Below are positions 33,711 to 43,859 of a stretch of DNA of 64,000 bases, piece by piece (positions within the stretch are counted from its first letter, which is position 1; each line of letters opens with the position of its first letter). Origin of the DNA: an uncultured Paraflavitalea sp. GTDB taxonomy: Bacteria > Bacteroidota > Bacteroidia > Chitinophagales > Chitinophagaceae. The notes below the pieces were generated by a model. It did no database searches. It worked only from the letters and a program-made list of their open reading frames with translations, and was not told the DNA's origin. The translations under genes and the position numbers were made by a program. Location: contig CBIHOV010000011.1 in assembly GCA_966211765.1 (NCBI GenBank), forward strand, positions 109,444 to 173,443, given 5' to 3'.

Positions 33711-34063
33711 TTTTTTATGGTTATGCAGATAAAGCCAGGTTATTCGTCAACGGTCAATCAAGAATAAGTGCCATTCGGCCAACAGGAGTTTCAAGGGTAT
33801 TGGGGAGATCAAAAAGGAGCTGTTTTTCTGCTCACAGCACGCGGCTTAGAGCCCGCTGCCGGTAAATTAGGGCGCAAACTAATAATAACAGGGCTTTTAT
33901 GCAAGCGTTTGATTTTAAATATTCCCTATACGACCTTTATTTCAATGCTTTTGGGTAAAATACACCACCCAAACTAAACCCTGGATTATTTTTCCCTGTA
34001 TACCATTCAAAATACTATAATAACTATCTTTATTGGCGTTTAAACATTAAAACAATCTGCATT

Positions 34064-34705
34064 ATGAAGAAATTATTCCTTGCCGCCACCGTAGTTGTAG
34101 CTGCGGGCACTGCCCTCGTAGCTTTTCGCCCTGCTCCATCCCAGCCAGGTAATATGACAACGCCTGCCGCTGCCGCCAGAGCTGGTAAATGGACCCTCGA
34201 TAAGTCACATTCCAACGTAAGGTTCACCATCACACACAATGTCGTATCTGAATTGGATGGCGCTTTTACCACTTTCGACGGTTCACTCGAAAGCACGAAA
34301 GCCGATTATTCCGACGCCAAGATCACCTTTACCATAGAAGTTGGTTCTATCAGCACCTACAATGAAAACAGGGATAAACACCTGAAAAGCGCTGATTTCT
34401 TCGATGCTGAAAAATTTCCCCAGATAAAGTTCGAAAGCACTGCTTTCAAACCTTTGGGCGGTAATAAATACAAACTGGAAGGAAACATGACCGTAAAAGA
34501 CATCACCAAAGCCGTTAGCTTTGACGTTACTTTTGGCGGTACCATCAACACCCAACGTGGCGCAAAAGCAGGTTTTAAAGCAAAAACCGTCATCAATCGC
34601 TTTGATTACAACCTCAAATGGGATCGCGCTACAGAAGCTGGCGGCTTGGTAGTAGGAAAAGACGTAGAAGTGACCATCAACACAGAGCTCAACGAAGTAA
34701 AATAA
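34064..34705 (+). CDS. YceI-family periplasmic protein
   Basis: Signal peptide; WTLDKSHSNVRFTITH and the overall layout match the YceI-like domain. Confidence 0.85.
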   Translation: MKKLFLAATVVVAAGTALVAFRPAPSQPGNMTTPAAAARAGKWTLDKSHSNVRFTITHNVVSELDGAFTTFDGSLESTKADYSDAKITFTIEVGSISTYNENRDKHLKSADFFDAEKFPQIKFESTAFKPLGGNKYKLEGNMTVKDITKAVSFDVTFGGTINTQRGAKAGFKAKTVINRFDYNLKWDRATEAGGLVVGKDVEVTINTELNEVK

Positions 34706-34724
34706 ATTCTAATCTCTTTATAAA

Positions 34725-34759
34725 GGTGGGCCGGCCCTCGGGTGCTGCCCACCTTTTTT
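34725..34759 (+). terminator. yceI-like gene terminator
   Basis: GGTGGGC (34725-34731) / GCCCACC (34747-34753) followed by T6. Confidence 0.7.
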
Positions 34760-34917
34760 ATGTCAGGCCCGTCATGGTTTAAGTTCCCTGGCAGTATTTC
34801 CCCTGCAAAGGGGTATGAAATATATGCCCCCAAAACCCGTTTTAGTATCTTACACGCCTTATAACCACGAGTTAACAAGTTTTGCTTTTATTTTGAATAA
34901 ATTTAGCGCCTCAGACC

Positions 34918-36357
34918 ATGAAGAAAATAGTATCCCTGGCATGCTTATCCATCCTTGTCACCCTGGCCCAGGCTCAGACAGGTTACAATATCAATATCAC
35001 TCTCAAACCTTACAAGAGCACCTATATCTACCTCGGCTACCATTACGGTAAAATGAAGGCCCTGGCCGATTCCGCTTTGCTCGATGAAAACAGCCAGGGT
35101 GTCTTCAAAGGAAAGCAATTGCTGCCCGGCGGCATCTACTTTGTGGTATCCCCCCGTAAAGAGATCCTGTTCGAATTACTCCTGGACAAACAACAGAGCT
35201 TTTCCATCAAAGCCGATAGCGTAGGTTTGCCCAACAGTGTCGTCTTTACAGGTTCGGCCGATAATACTTCTTTCCAGGACTATACAAAATTTGCGAATAC
35301 CACCGGTATGGCTATCGGAAAGATGAATACAGAATATGCCGGCGCTTCCAATAAGAAAGATTCTGCTGCCATCACCACCAGGATAAAGTCCTTGTCTGAT
35401 AAGATGCAGCAGCACCGCGACAGCATTGCGAAAAAACAACCGGGCTCCATCCTCACCGCTCTCTTACTGGCGATGAAAGAGCCTGTAGTGCCCCCTGCGG
35501 CCAAACATCCGAAAGGCAAATACGACTCCGCCTACGCTTTCTATTATTATAAATACCATTTCTGGGATGGCGTTTCCCTCACCGATGAAAGGCTCATCAG
35601 AACTCCCTTTTTCGAGCCCAAGATCGACAAGTATTACAAAGACCTCGTATCACCCAATCCCGATTCTATCAACCGCGAAGTAGATCAGATGCTGCTCTAC
35701 TCAAGGTCTAATAAGGAGATGTTTAAATTCCTCCTCGTTCACTTTGTACAGAAATACATCAATCCCGAATATATGGGCCAGGATGCCGTATTCGTACACC
35801 TTTTTGAAAAATACATCAACACTGGTGAGGCCGACTTTTTTACCGAGCAGTACAAAGAACACATGACCAAACGGGCCTACAGCCTTATGGCCAACCAGAT
35901 CGGACAGCCCGCTGCCAACATGGAAATGGTTGACACCCTCGATAAGCCTCTTCCTCTTTATAATGTGAAAAGCGATATGATCGTCGTTTGCTTTTGGGAC
36001 CCCACCTGCAGCCATTGCAAAGAAGTAGTCCCCAAAGTAGATTCCATCTACAACGCCAAATGGAAAAAGCTGGGCATTACCGTATACGGCGTAATGGTCG
36101 ATGGGGGTAAGGACCTGTGGAAGCAATTCATTCACGAAAAAGGACTCAAAAACTGGTTGCATGTATACCAGTTGCCCTCGCAACAGATGGCCGAAACCAC
36201 TGCCGGCAAAGCAGGCTACAGACAGCTATACGATGTTTACCAAACGCCTATTCTCTATTTGTTGGATAAAGACAAACGCATTGTAGCCAAAAAACTCAAT
36301 TACCAGCAACTGGATGAAGTCATAAACCTTAAACTAAAAAACTCAAAATCCAACTGA
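34918..36357 (+). CDS. secreted thioredoxin-fold protein (TlpA/redoxin-like with DUF5106-type N-domain)
   Basis: Signal peptide and a CxxC site in FWDPTCSHCKEVVPK. The N-terminal GYNINITLKPYKSTYIYLGYHYG block is typical of this Bacteroidota family. Confidence 0.7.
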   Translation: MKKIVSLACLSILVTLAQAQTGYNINITLKPYKSTYIYLGYHYGKMKALADSALLDENSQGVFKGKQLLPGGIYFVVSPRKEILFELLLDKQQSFSIKADSVGLPNSVVFTGSADNTSFQDYTKFANTTGMAIGKMNTEYAGASNKKDSAAITTRIKSLSDKMQQHRDSIAKKQPGSILTALLLAMKEPVVPPAAKHPKGKYDSAYAFYYYKYHFWDGVSLTDERLIRTPFFEPKIDKYYKDLVSPNPDSINREVDQMLLYSRSNKEMFKFLLVHFVQKYINPEYMGQDAVFVHLFEKYINTGEADFFTEQYKEHMTKRAYSLMANQIGQPAANMEMVDTLDKPLPLYNVKSDMIVVCFWDPTCSHCKEVVPKVDSIYNAKWKKLGITVYGVMVDGGKDLWKQFIHEKGLKNWLHVYQLPSQQMAETTAGKAGYRQLYDVYQTPILYLLDKDKRIVAKKLNYQQLDEVINLKLKNSKSN

Positions 36358-36364
36358 TCAGCTT

Positions 36365-38311
36365 ATGTCTTTCCTGCGAAAAATAATAACCGCATCAGTA
36401 TGCATAACCGGTCTCACTACTGCACATGCGCAACCCCTGTTTACCTATGGTGCCAAATCGGTTTCTAAAGATGAATTCCTGAAAGCCTACAATAAGAACA
36501 ATACCGAAACGGCCCCTACAGATCAATCCTATCGCGATTACCTCGATCTCTATACCCGGTTCAAGATCAAAGTGCAAGCTGCATTGGACGCTAAATTGGA
36601 TACCCTGCCCAACCAGAAACAGGAGCTCGCCGCTTTCCGGGGTCAGGTAGTGGAAAGCTACATGAATGACGACGCCAGTGTAAACGTATTGATGGATGAA
36701 GCGATGGAGCGAAGCAATAAGGACCTGCACCTTGCCCACATTTTCGTGGCTGCCAGCTCCACAGCCACAGCCGAACAGATACAACAGGCTCAACAAAAGA
36801 TCAAGGCTGCATTTGCCCGTTTACAGGCAGGAGACGATTTTACTAAAACCGCCCTTACTTATTCAGAAGATCCTTCCGCGCAAAGCAATAAGGGCGACCT
36901 TGGCTTCATAACCGTTTTTGTACTTCCCTATGCCGTGGAGAGCCTCGTTTACAATACCGCGGTGGGGAAGTTTACAGAACCTTCACGTAGTAAAAATGGC
37001 TTTCACATCTTTAAAGTACTGGAAGAACGCAAGGCATTCGGCAAAATGAGGGCCGCACAGATCCTGCTCGCCTTTACCCCCGATGCTACCGATGCACAGA
37101 AACAGGCCACCGCGAAGAAGGCCGATTCCCTGTACAATGCATTGCAGCAAGGGAGTGATTTTAAACAACTCGCGGCTGCTTTCAGCAACGATAACCTCAC
37201 TTTCCAAACCGGCGGTGAAATGATGGCCTTTGGCGTAGGGAGATACACCCCTGCTTTCGAAAAGGCTGCCTTCGCGCTGGAAAAAGATGGCGATATTTCC
37301 CGTCCCATACTGACCGAATTTGGTTACCACATCATAAAACGTCTGCAGCATCTGCCCATTCAAACCGATAAGACCAACAAACAATGGCAGGATGATATAA
37401 AACAACAGATACTCCAGAGCGATCGGATGGAAGTCTCCAAAAAAGTGCTGTATAAAAAGATCATTCAGCTAACAGGGGTTAAAAAATTACCCGTTAACGA
37501 AAAAAGCCTGTCCCTCCTTACTGGTAATATTCTTCAGAATAAGCAGGCGGTAATACCCGCCGGCCTCACTGCCTCTACGCCCTTATTCACCGTAGGTAAA
37601 AAAACCTTTCGTGTGAAAGATTGGCAGGCTTACCTGGAATCCATCCGTGGAATGGAGGACCTCCGCGCAGGAAAAACCAACGCCCAGCTCCTGGATCAGT
37701 TCATCGAAACTGCTGCCCTCGATTACTACCGCGACAACCTCGAAACATACAACAAAGACTTCGCCTACCAGCTCAATGAATTCAAAGAAGGAAACCTCCT
37801 TTTTGAGATCATGCAGCGCAACATATGGGACAAGGCTTCTGTTGACAGTGTTGGCCTGAAGAAGTATTACGATTCCCATAAAAACAACTATTGGTGGGAA
37901 GCCAGTGCTGATGCCATCATACTTACCGCCGCCGGGGAAGCTGCTGCTGAAGAAGCCAGGAAACAACTGGCGGCCGATTACCATAGCTGGAAAAAGATTC
38001 TGGAGTCCGGCGACGGCGCTATCCAGGCCGATTCAGGCCGTTTTGAACTGGGACAGATACCCGTGGTCGAGCGCACCAACTTCCAGCCTGGGCTCATTAC
38101 AGCCCCTGTAAAAAATGAGACCGATCACAGCCTCACTTTTGCCTATATCATAAAGCTGCGTCGCGATCGTGAGCCCCGCGACTTTACCGATGCCCGCGGT
38201 TTCGTCATCAACGATTACCAGGCAGCACTAGAAGACAAATGGATCACAGAATTAAAGAAGAAATATCCCTTAAAGATCAACGATGCTGTAGTCAAAACCC
38301 TGCCTCATTAA
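36365..38311 (+). CDS. periplasmic peptidylprolyl isomerase (two parvulin domains, SurA/PpiD-like)
   Basis: 648 aa with a signal peptide. Parvulin blocks are GFHIFKVL and FGYHIIKRL. It lies 7 nt after the preceding gene. Confidence 0.78.
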   Translation: MSFLRKIITASVCITGLTTAHAQPLFTYGAKSVSKDEFLKAYNKNNTETAPTDQSYRDYLDLYTRFKIKVQAALDAKLDTLPNQKQELAAFRGQVVESYMNDDASVNVLMDEAMERSNKDLHLAHIFVAASSTATAEQIQQAQQKIKAAFARLQAGDDFTKTALTYSEDPSAQSNKGDLGFITVFVLPYAVESLVYNTAVGKFTEPSRSKNGFHIFKVLEERKAFGKMRAAQILLAFTPDATDAQKQATAKKADSLYNALQQGSDFKQLAAAFSNDNLTFQTGGEMMAFGVGRYTPAFEKAAFALEKDGDISRPILTEFGYHIIKRLQHLPIQTDKTNKQWQDDIKQQILQSDRMEVSKKVLYKKIIQLTGVKKLPVNEKSLSLLTGNILQNKQAVIPAGLTASTPLFTVGKKTFRVKDWQAYLESIRGMEDLRAGKTNAQLLDQFIETAALDYYRDNLETYNKDFAYQLNEFKEGNLLFEIMQRNIWDKASVDSVGLKKYYDSHKNNYWWEASADAIILTAAGEAAAEEARKQLAADYHSWKKILESGDGAIQADSGRFELGQIPVVERTNFQPGLITAPVKNETDHSLTFAYIIKLRRDREPRDFTDARGFVINDYQAALEDKWITELKKKYPLKINDAVVKTLPH

Positions 38312-38362
38312 TACCTGAATAAAAGCTTGCCCGCCTTGCCGGGCATACCCATAAAAGAAAAA

Positions 38363-38389
38363 GGTGGGTCGCTTTCAAAGCGACCCACC
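38363..38389. terminator. bidirectional terminator (GGGTC...GACCCA hairpin family)
   Basis: GGTGGGTCGC-TTTCAAA-GCGACCCACC forms a perfect 10-bp stem with A-runs and T-runs on both sides. It lies between the convergent PPIase gene and metF. Confidence 0.85.
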
Positions 38390-38408
38390 TTTTTTATAGT
38401 TAATTTCC

Positions 38409-39362
38409 TTACACCAGCTCCTTTACCGCATTCCAGATCACCTTCGGCTTACCCAGCGTATAATAGTGCAATACAGGTACATTGGCTGCTTTCAGTTCTT
38501 TCGACTGTTGCAGTAACCATTCCGTACCCACCTGCTCTACATCGGCATCGGTTTTTGCCTTCAATATTTCATTACTCAATTCGGTAGGGATATCTACATG
38601 GAAAGTTCTGGGTATCACACTCAGTTGCTTCTTATTAGTGATCGGCTTTAATCCCGGAATAATAGGGACATCAATCCCTGCCTCCCGGCAACGCTTTACA
38701 AAATCAAAATACTTCGCGTTATCGAAGAACATCTGCGTCACCACATATTCGGCTCCGCTGTCTACCTTGGCTTTCAGCCAATCCACGTCACTTTGCAGGT
38801 TGGGTGCTTCGAAATGCTTTTCTGGGTAACCCGCCACGCCGATACAGAACTTCGTACGGAAGCCATCACGGATGTCTTCTTCCAGGTAAATACCGTTATT
38901 CAGGTTTACCACCTGCTTCATCAGATCCAGTGCATAGCGGTTACCCCCAGGTTCTGGTTCAAATACCGTCTCATTTTTGGCGGCATCCCCGCGCAATACC
39001 AGCACATTGTCCACGCCAATGAAGTTCAGGTCGATCAGTGCATCTTCCGTTTCCCGCTTGTTAAAGCCTCCGCAGATCAGGTGGGGTACCGCATCTACCT
39101 TATAATGGTTCATAATAGCAGCGCAAATACCTACCGTTCCCGGCCTTTTGCGTACCTCTACCTTGTCAAACGTTCCGTCGGCCTTCTTTTTAAAGACATG
39201 CTCACTACGGTGATAGGTAACATTAATAAACGAAGGTTTGAATTCCATCAACGGGTCCAGGTGGTCAAAAATGGAGTTAATGGTCTTGCCCTTCAGCGGA
39301 GGTAATATTTCAAACGAGATCAGCGGCTTGGTCGCCTGCCTGATATGGTCAATTACTTTCAT
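38409..39362 (-). CDS. metF: methylenetetrahydrofolate reductase
   Basis: 317 aa. ISFEILPPLKG...NVTYH...ICGG is typical of MetF/MTHFR. Confidence 0.85.
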   Translation of the reverse strand: MKVIDHIRQATKPLISFEILPPLKGKTINSIFDHLDPLMEFKPSFINVTYHRSEHVFKKKADGTFDKVEVRKRPGTVGICAAIMNHYKVDAVPHLICGGFNKRETEDALIDLNFIGVDNVLVLRGDAAKNETVFEPEPGGNRYALDLMKQVVNLNNGIYLEEDIRDGFRTKFCIGVAGYPEKHFEAPNLQSDVDWLKAKVDSGAEYVVTQMFFDNAKYFDFVKRCREAGIDVPIIPGLKPITNKKQLSVIPRTFHVDIPTELSNEILKAKTDADVEQVGTEWLLQQSKELKAANVPVLHYYTLGKPKVIWNAVKELV

Positions 39363-39531
39363 TAATTAGCTGTTAAACTGGATATATTGCTCAAATGCCG
39401 ATTGCCGGCATTAGATCAGCGTGCAAACATAAACAACGAATCCCGGATGGCAAACACTCCCTACCCAGTCTGTTTAACATTATTTTGTAACTTATCCGGC
39501 TTTCCCGTCAATTCAAATGGATTAGTTCCGG

Positions 39532-39539
39532 TATTTTTG
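39532..39539 (+). promoter_or_regulatory. -7 promoter box for lptB
   Basis: TATTTTTG (TAnnTTTG), 19 nt before the GTG start at 39559. Confidence 0.4.
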
Positions 39540-39558
39540 TTCCTAAACGTCATAACAC

Positions 39559-40365
39559 GTGATCAGTGAAATTCATACCCGCGACCTGGTAAAAATATAT
39601 CGCAACCGTACCGTTGTGAACCACGTATCTGTAAGTGTAAAACAAGGAGAGATTGTGGGTCTGCTCGGTCCCAATGGAGCCGGAAAGACCACCACCTTTT
39701 ACATGGTCGTTGGCCTCATCAAACCCGATGAAGGTCAGGTATTCCTCGATACAGAAGAAATTACACGCCTCCCCATGTACAAAAGGGCCCAGTTGGGTAT
39801 CGGTTACCTGCCACAGGAAGCCTCCGTTTTCCGGAAGCTCACGGTGGAAGAGAACATCATGGCCGTATTGGAAATGACCAAATTGAAAAAGGCAGAGCAA
39901 AGGGAGAAGCTCGAAGCCCTTCTCGATGAGTTTCGCCTTCACCACGTTCGTAAAAACAATGGCGATAGCTTAAGCGGTGGTGAACGCCGCCGTACAGAAA
40001 TTGCCCGTGCTTTGGCAGTAGACCCCAAATTCATCCTCCTTGATGAGCCTTTTGCCGGTGTAGACCCCATCGCCGTAGAAGATATTCAAACTGTGGTAGC
40101 CAGGTTAAAATACAGGAACATCGGTATTCTCATCACTGACCACAACGTAAACGAAACCCTCTCTATTTGCGACCGCGCCTACCTGCTCATCGACGGTAAA
40201 ATATTCAAACACGGCACAGCCGAGGAATTGGCCGAAAACGAACAGGTACGTCGCTTATACCTCGGCCGTAACTTCGAGCTCAAACGCAAAGACTACCTCC
40301 ATGAAGAAGCCATGAAAGGCCAGCAAAACATGTCGGCACTCAATGAAATGGAAGACGCCGAGTAA
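39559..40365 (+). CDS. lptB: LPS export ABC transporter ATP-binding protein
   Basis: GTG start. Walker [10 protein letters not shown], signature LSGGERRR and Walker B ILLDEP. The size and C-terminal extension are typical of LptB. Confidence 0.88.
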   Translation: MISEIHTRDLVKIYRNRTVVNHVSVSVKQGEIVGLLGPNGAGKTTTFYMVVGLIKPDEGQVFLDTEEITRLPMYKRAQLGIGYLPQEASVFRKLTVEENIMAVLEMTKLKKAEQREKLEALLDEFRLHHVRKNNGDSLSGGERRRTEIARALAVDPKFILLDEPFAGVDPIAVEDIQTVVARLKYRNIGILITDHNVNETLSICDRAYLLIDGKIFKHGTAEELAENEQVRRLYLGRNFELKRKDYLHEEAMKGQQNMSALNEMEDAE

Positions 40366-40441
40366 TGCAATGCATTAAAAAACAGTCATAATACAGCCAT
40401 CTCACTGACTGTAAGCCATACTCTCAGTATTATTCTTTATT

Positions 40442-41962
40442 TTGCTGCCAGTGAAACTATTATCGCCTGCCATATCATCACTGGCCCGAATGAGGTTATG
40501 GCGCATTGAAGGTTGGAAAAACAATCCTGCCGATGCGCAACGGGAGGTATTACAGGACCTGGTTACTTCGGCACAAAACACTGAGTTTGGCCGCAAATAC
40601 AACTTTTCCGAATTATTTAATATCCGGTCTTTCAAGCAAACCGTGCCCATACACGAGTATGAGGACATGAAGCCCTATATCCAGCGTACCATGAAAGGCG
40701 AACAGAATGTAATATGGAATACACCCATATACTGGTTTGCCAAAAGTAGCGGTACCACCAGCGATAAGAGCAAGTTTATCCCAGTGAGCGATGAATGCCT
40801 GGAGGATTGTCACTACAAAGCTGCCAAGGACGTACTCACATTCTATTACCAGTTCAATCCCGATTCCGACCTCCTTACCGGTAAAGGCCTGGTGCTGGGA
40901 GGCAGTCATACCATCAACCCCCTCAACCATGAGGCACAATATGGCGACCTGAGCGCTGTACTCCTGCAAAACTCGCCATTCTGGGGACACTGGCTTCGTA
41001 CACCCGATCTGAGCATAGCCCTTATGGACGAATGGGAAAGCAAGATCGAATTGCTGGCCCAAAGCACCATCAAGGAAAACGTGACCTCTATCTCCGGTGT
41101 ACCTACCTGGACACTCGTCCTGTTCCGCCGCATATTGGAGATCACTGGAAAAAAATCAATAGCCGAAGTTTGGCCCCACCTTGAGCTGTACATGCATGGT
41201 GGTGTTTCCTTCACCCCCTACAAAGAACAGTTTCAAAAGCTCATCGGCAAACCCATCCATTACCTTGAGATGTACAATGCCAGTGAAGGCTTTTTTGCGG
41301 CACAGGATATCCCGGGCGGAGAGGGCATGCTGCTATTTGTGGACCATGGCATTTTCATGGAATTCATGCCCATTGAAGAATACGGCAAGCCCAATCCACA
41401 GACCATCGGCCTTAGTGAAGTGGAGCTGGGAAAAAACTATGCCCTTGTAATCAGTACCAATGGCGGATTGTGGCGATACCTGGTAGGAGATACCATTCAG
41501 TTTACTTCCCTAAGTCCCTTCAGGATCAGGGTAAGCGGCCGGCTCAAGCATTATATCAATGCCTTTGGAGAAGAGGTGATAGTAGACAATACCGATAGGG
41601 CCATGGCCATTGCCTGCGAAAAGACCGGCGCCATCGTCAATGATTATACCGCCGCCCCTGTTTACTTCAGCGACAATGGCAATGGCGCTCATGAGTGGCT
41701 CGTGGAGTTTGAAAAAGAGCCCGATAATATGGACGCTTTCACTTCCAACCTCGATACCGCCCTCAAAAACATCAACAGCGATTATGAGGCGAAGCGCCAC
41801 AAGGACATTGCCCTGCGCATGCCTTTGTTGCGGTCACTCCCCAAAGGCATCTTCAATACCTGGCTCAAGAGCAAAGGAAAACTGGGCGGTCAGCACAAAG
41901 TTCCCCGCTTAAGCAACGATCGCAAGCACCTCGAAGAAATATTGGCCATCGCCGATCGCTAA
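40442..41962 (+). CDS. GH3 (auxin-responsive promoter) family acyl-adenylate-forming protein
   Basis: 506 aa with a TTG start. FKQTVPIHEYEDMKPYI and WFAKSSGTTSDKSKFIPVS are hallmark blocks of the bacterial GH3 family. Confidence 0.8.
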   Translation: MLPVKLLSPAISSLARMRLWRIEGWKNNPADAQREVLQDLVTSAQNTEFGRKYNFSELFNIRSFKQTVPIHEYEDMKPYIQRTMKGEQNVIWNTPIYWFAKSSGTTSDKSKFIPVSDECLEDCHYKAAKDVLTFYYQFNPDSDLLTGKGLVLGGSHTINPLNHEAQYGDLSAVLLQNSPFWGHWLRTPDLSIALMDEWESKIELLAQSTIKENVTSISGVPTWTLVLFRRILEITGKKSIAEVWPHLELYMHGGVSFTPYKEQFQKLIGKPIHYLEMYNASEGFFAAQDIPGGEGMLLFVDHGIFMEFMPIEEYGKPNPQTIGLSEVELGKNYALVISTNGGLWRYLVGDTIQFTSLSPFRIRVSGRLKHYINAFGEEVIVDNTDRAMAIACEKTGAIVNDYTAAPVYFSDNGNGAHEWLVEFEKEPDNMDAFTSNLDTALKNINSDYEAKRHKDIALRMPLLRSLPKGIFNTWLKSKGKLGGQHKVPRLSNDRKHLEEILAIADR

Positions 41963-42006
41963 CCCCCCGCTTTAACTGCCCCTGTAGAACTGGTCACCCA
42001 ACCAAT

Positions 42007-42046
42007 CCTTTCTTGTTGCTTCCTGAAGGAATCTGTCGAAGCCATT
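42007..42046 (+). repeat. R1 dispersed repeat, short or degenerate copy E
   Basis: CCTTTCTTGTTGCTTCCTGAAGGAATCTGTCGAAGCCATT aligns to the ends of copies A-D, with the central part reduced to TTCC-TGAA-GGAA. Confidence 0.4.
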
Positions 42047-42117
42047 CTTGCACAAACTGATCATAATTGCAGAAATTAGATGTTTTCTATACATTCGGGC
42101 CCTAATTTATTATCAAT

Positions 42118-42876
42118 ATGAAATTACTGGAAGGAAAAGTAGCCATAGTTACCGGGGCTGCAAGGGGAATCGGAGAGGCCATTGCCCTTAAACTGGCCGA
42201 GCAAGGCGCTCAGATCGCATTTACCTATATTAGCGACAGCAGTGCTGAAAAAGCTACAACATTACAACAAAAAATAGAAGCCCTCGGCGGAAAAGCAAAG
42301 GCTTACCAAAGCAATGCAGCCGACTTTGCAGCCAGCGAAGCCTTCGTCAATGACGTAGTAAAGGAATTTGGTACTGTAGATGTATGTGTTAACAATGCCG
42401 GTATCTCTAAAGACAACCTGCTGCTGCGTTTGAGTCCAGACCAATGGGACGATGTCATCAATGTGAACCTGAAGAGCGTGTACAATATGACCAGGCAGGT
42501 CATCCGTCCAATGATGAAAGCCAGGAAAGGTTCCATCATCAACATGAGCTCCATTGTTGGTATACGTGGTAATGCCGGGCAAAGCAGTTATGCTGCTTCC
42601 AAAGCGGGCATCATAGGCTTTACCAAGTCCATTGCCCATGAATTGGGTAGCCGCAATGTTCGTTGCAATGCCATTGCGCCTGGATTTATTGAGACCGATA
42701 TGACCCATTACCTCAAAGAGGGGGGCGATGCTTCCAAAGCATTCATCGAAAAAATTCCCCTGGGTCGTTTTGGTAAAGCAGAAGAAGTAGCTGATACCAC
42801 TTTATTTCTGGCATCTGATCTTAGCTCCTATATCACCGGTCAGGTTATCTCCACCTGCGGAGGTTTAAATATTTAA
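42118..42876 (+). CDS. fabG: 3-oxoacyl-ACP reductase
   Basis: 252 aa SDR with TGAARGIGEAIA, NNAG and YAASKAG (YxxxK). Confidence 0.88.
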   Translation: MKLLEGKVAIVTGAARGIGEAIALKLAEQGAQIAFTYISDSSAEKATTLQQKIEALGGKAKAYQSNAADFAASEAFVNDVVKEFGTVDVCVNNAGISKDNLLLRLSPDQWDDVINVNLKSVYNMTRQVIRPMMKARKGSIINMSSIVGIRGNAGQSSYAASKAGIIGFTKSIAHELGSRNVRCNAIAPGFIETDMTHYLKEGGDASKAFIEKIPLGRFGKAEEVADTTLFLASDLSSYITGQVISTCGGLNI

Positions 42877-42927
42877 TAGCCTAAATGTCTCAGCCATGGT
42901 TTGTGCCTCCACAAACCATTCAATAAT

Positions 42928-42964
42928 AAAGGGTGGGTCGCCTTCCAAAGGCGGCCCACCCTTT
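42928..42964. terminator. terminator (GGGTC...GCCCA hairpin family)
   Basis: AAAGGGTGGGTCGCC-TTCCAAA-GGCGGCCCACCCTTT forms a 12-bp core with one G-U (T42938:G42954). Confidence 0.85.
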
Positions 42965-42988
42965 ATCTTTATTTCAAACACAAAATTC

Positions 42989-43061
42989 TTTTCTCTTTGC
43001 CATTTCGATTCCCCTTCCCTGCATTTCGACCGAAAGGAGAAATCTGCTATCGAATCAAACG
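42989..43061 (+). repeat. R1 dispersed repeat, copy C (with internal CATTTCGA duplication)
   Basis: The sequence is TTTTCTCTTTGCCATTTCGATTCCCCTTCCCTGCATTTCGACCGAAAGGAGAAATCTGCTATCGAATCAAACG. It ends 9 nt before the stop of the minus-strand hydratase gene. Confidence 0.65.
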
Positions 43062-43069
43062 ATTCACCA

Positions 43070-43843
43070 TCAGACTTTCTTCTTAAACGCCGCAATCGCA
43101 TTCTTACTAAACGTACTCAGCACCAGCCGGCCACTGATGGCAGCACGTTCTGTCAACAGCTGGTCCCAGTGTTCCGTACCCTTCCACAACATATGCTTCA
43201 TCTCCAGCATGGCATCCGGACTGGAATGCGCCAATGTGTGCGAAAGCCTCGCAATACTTTCATCCATATCGGTAACATTGCCGTGCAACTCAGCATACAG
43301 ACCTTTGCGCTTGGCCCAATCGGCACTTCGCCACATCGTGGCATCTATTGCCAGGTGACCAAATGCAGCCGACCCAATCTTTCTTTCCACCGCAGGCCCT
43401 ACTACAAATGGCCCGATACCCACAGCCAGCTCACTTAATTTAACATCGGCTCCTTCTGTGGCAATGGCATAATCGGCTGCGGCAGCAAGACCCACGCCGC
43501 CGCCCACACATTTGCCATGGATACGCGCAATAATAAATTTAGGGCACTTGCGCATCGCATTGATCACATGCGCGAAGCCCGTAAAGAAATGCAACCCTTC
43601 TTCTTTCGTGGTGATGGCCGACAGCTCATCAATAGATGCCCCGGCACAAAATGCTTTATCGCCGGCCGAACGTAGCAGGATCAGCCGTGTATCACGTTCA
43701 TTGCCCGCTCCATGGATTGCGTGCACCAGTTCCTCCAGTATTCTGTGAGGCAAAGAATTACTCTGGGGATGATAAAATTCAATAGTAGTCACCGCATTGT
43801 GCGTTTCTGTTTTTACATAGCCATTTTTAATCTCGTGGATCAT
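43070..43843 (-). CDS. enoyl-CoA hydratase/isomerase (crotonase) family protein
   Basis: 257 aa with a crotonase fold (AFCAGASIDEL, GGGVGLAAAADY). It is adjacent to paaZ. Confidence 0.8.
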   Translation of the reverse strand: MIHEIKNGYVKTETHNAVTTIEFYHPQSNSLPHRILEELVHAIHGAGNERDTRLILLRSAGDKAFCAGASIDELSAITTKEEGLHFFTGFAHVINAMRKCPKFIIARIHGKCVGGGVGLAAAADYAIATEGADVKLSELAVGIGPFVVGPAVERKIGSAAFGHLAIDATMWRSADWAKRKGLYAELHGNVTDMDESIARLSHTLAHSSPDAMLEMKHMLWKGTEHWDQLLTERAAISGRLVLSTFSKNAIAAFKKKV

Positions 43844-43859
43844 ACGCTAAAAGTTAACG

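Noticed and set aside
42865-43438. ORFs of 61-180 aa on both strands around the fabG terminator and antisense to the enoyl-CoA hydratase gene.
   Set aside because: They overlap a well-supported crotonase-family gene or run through the terminator and R1 copy C. They are typical shadow ORFs.
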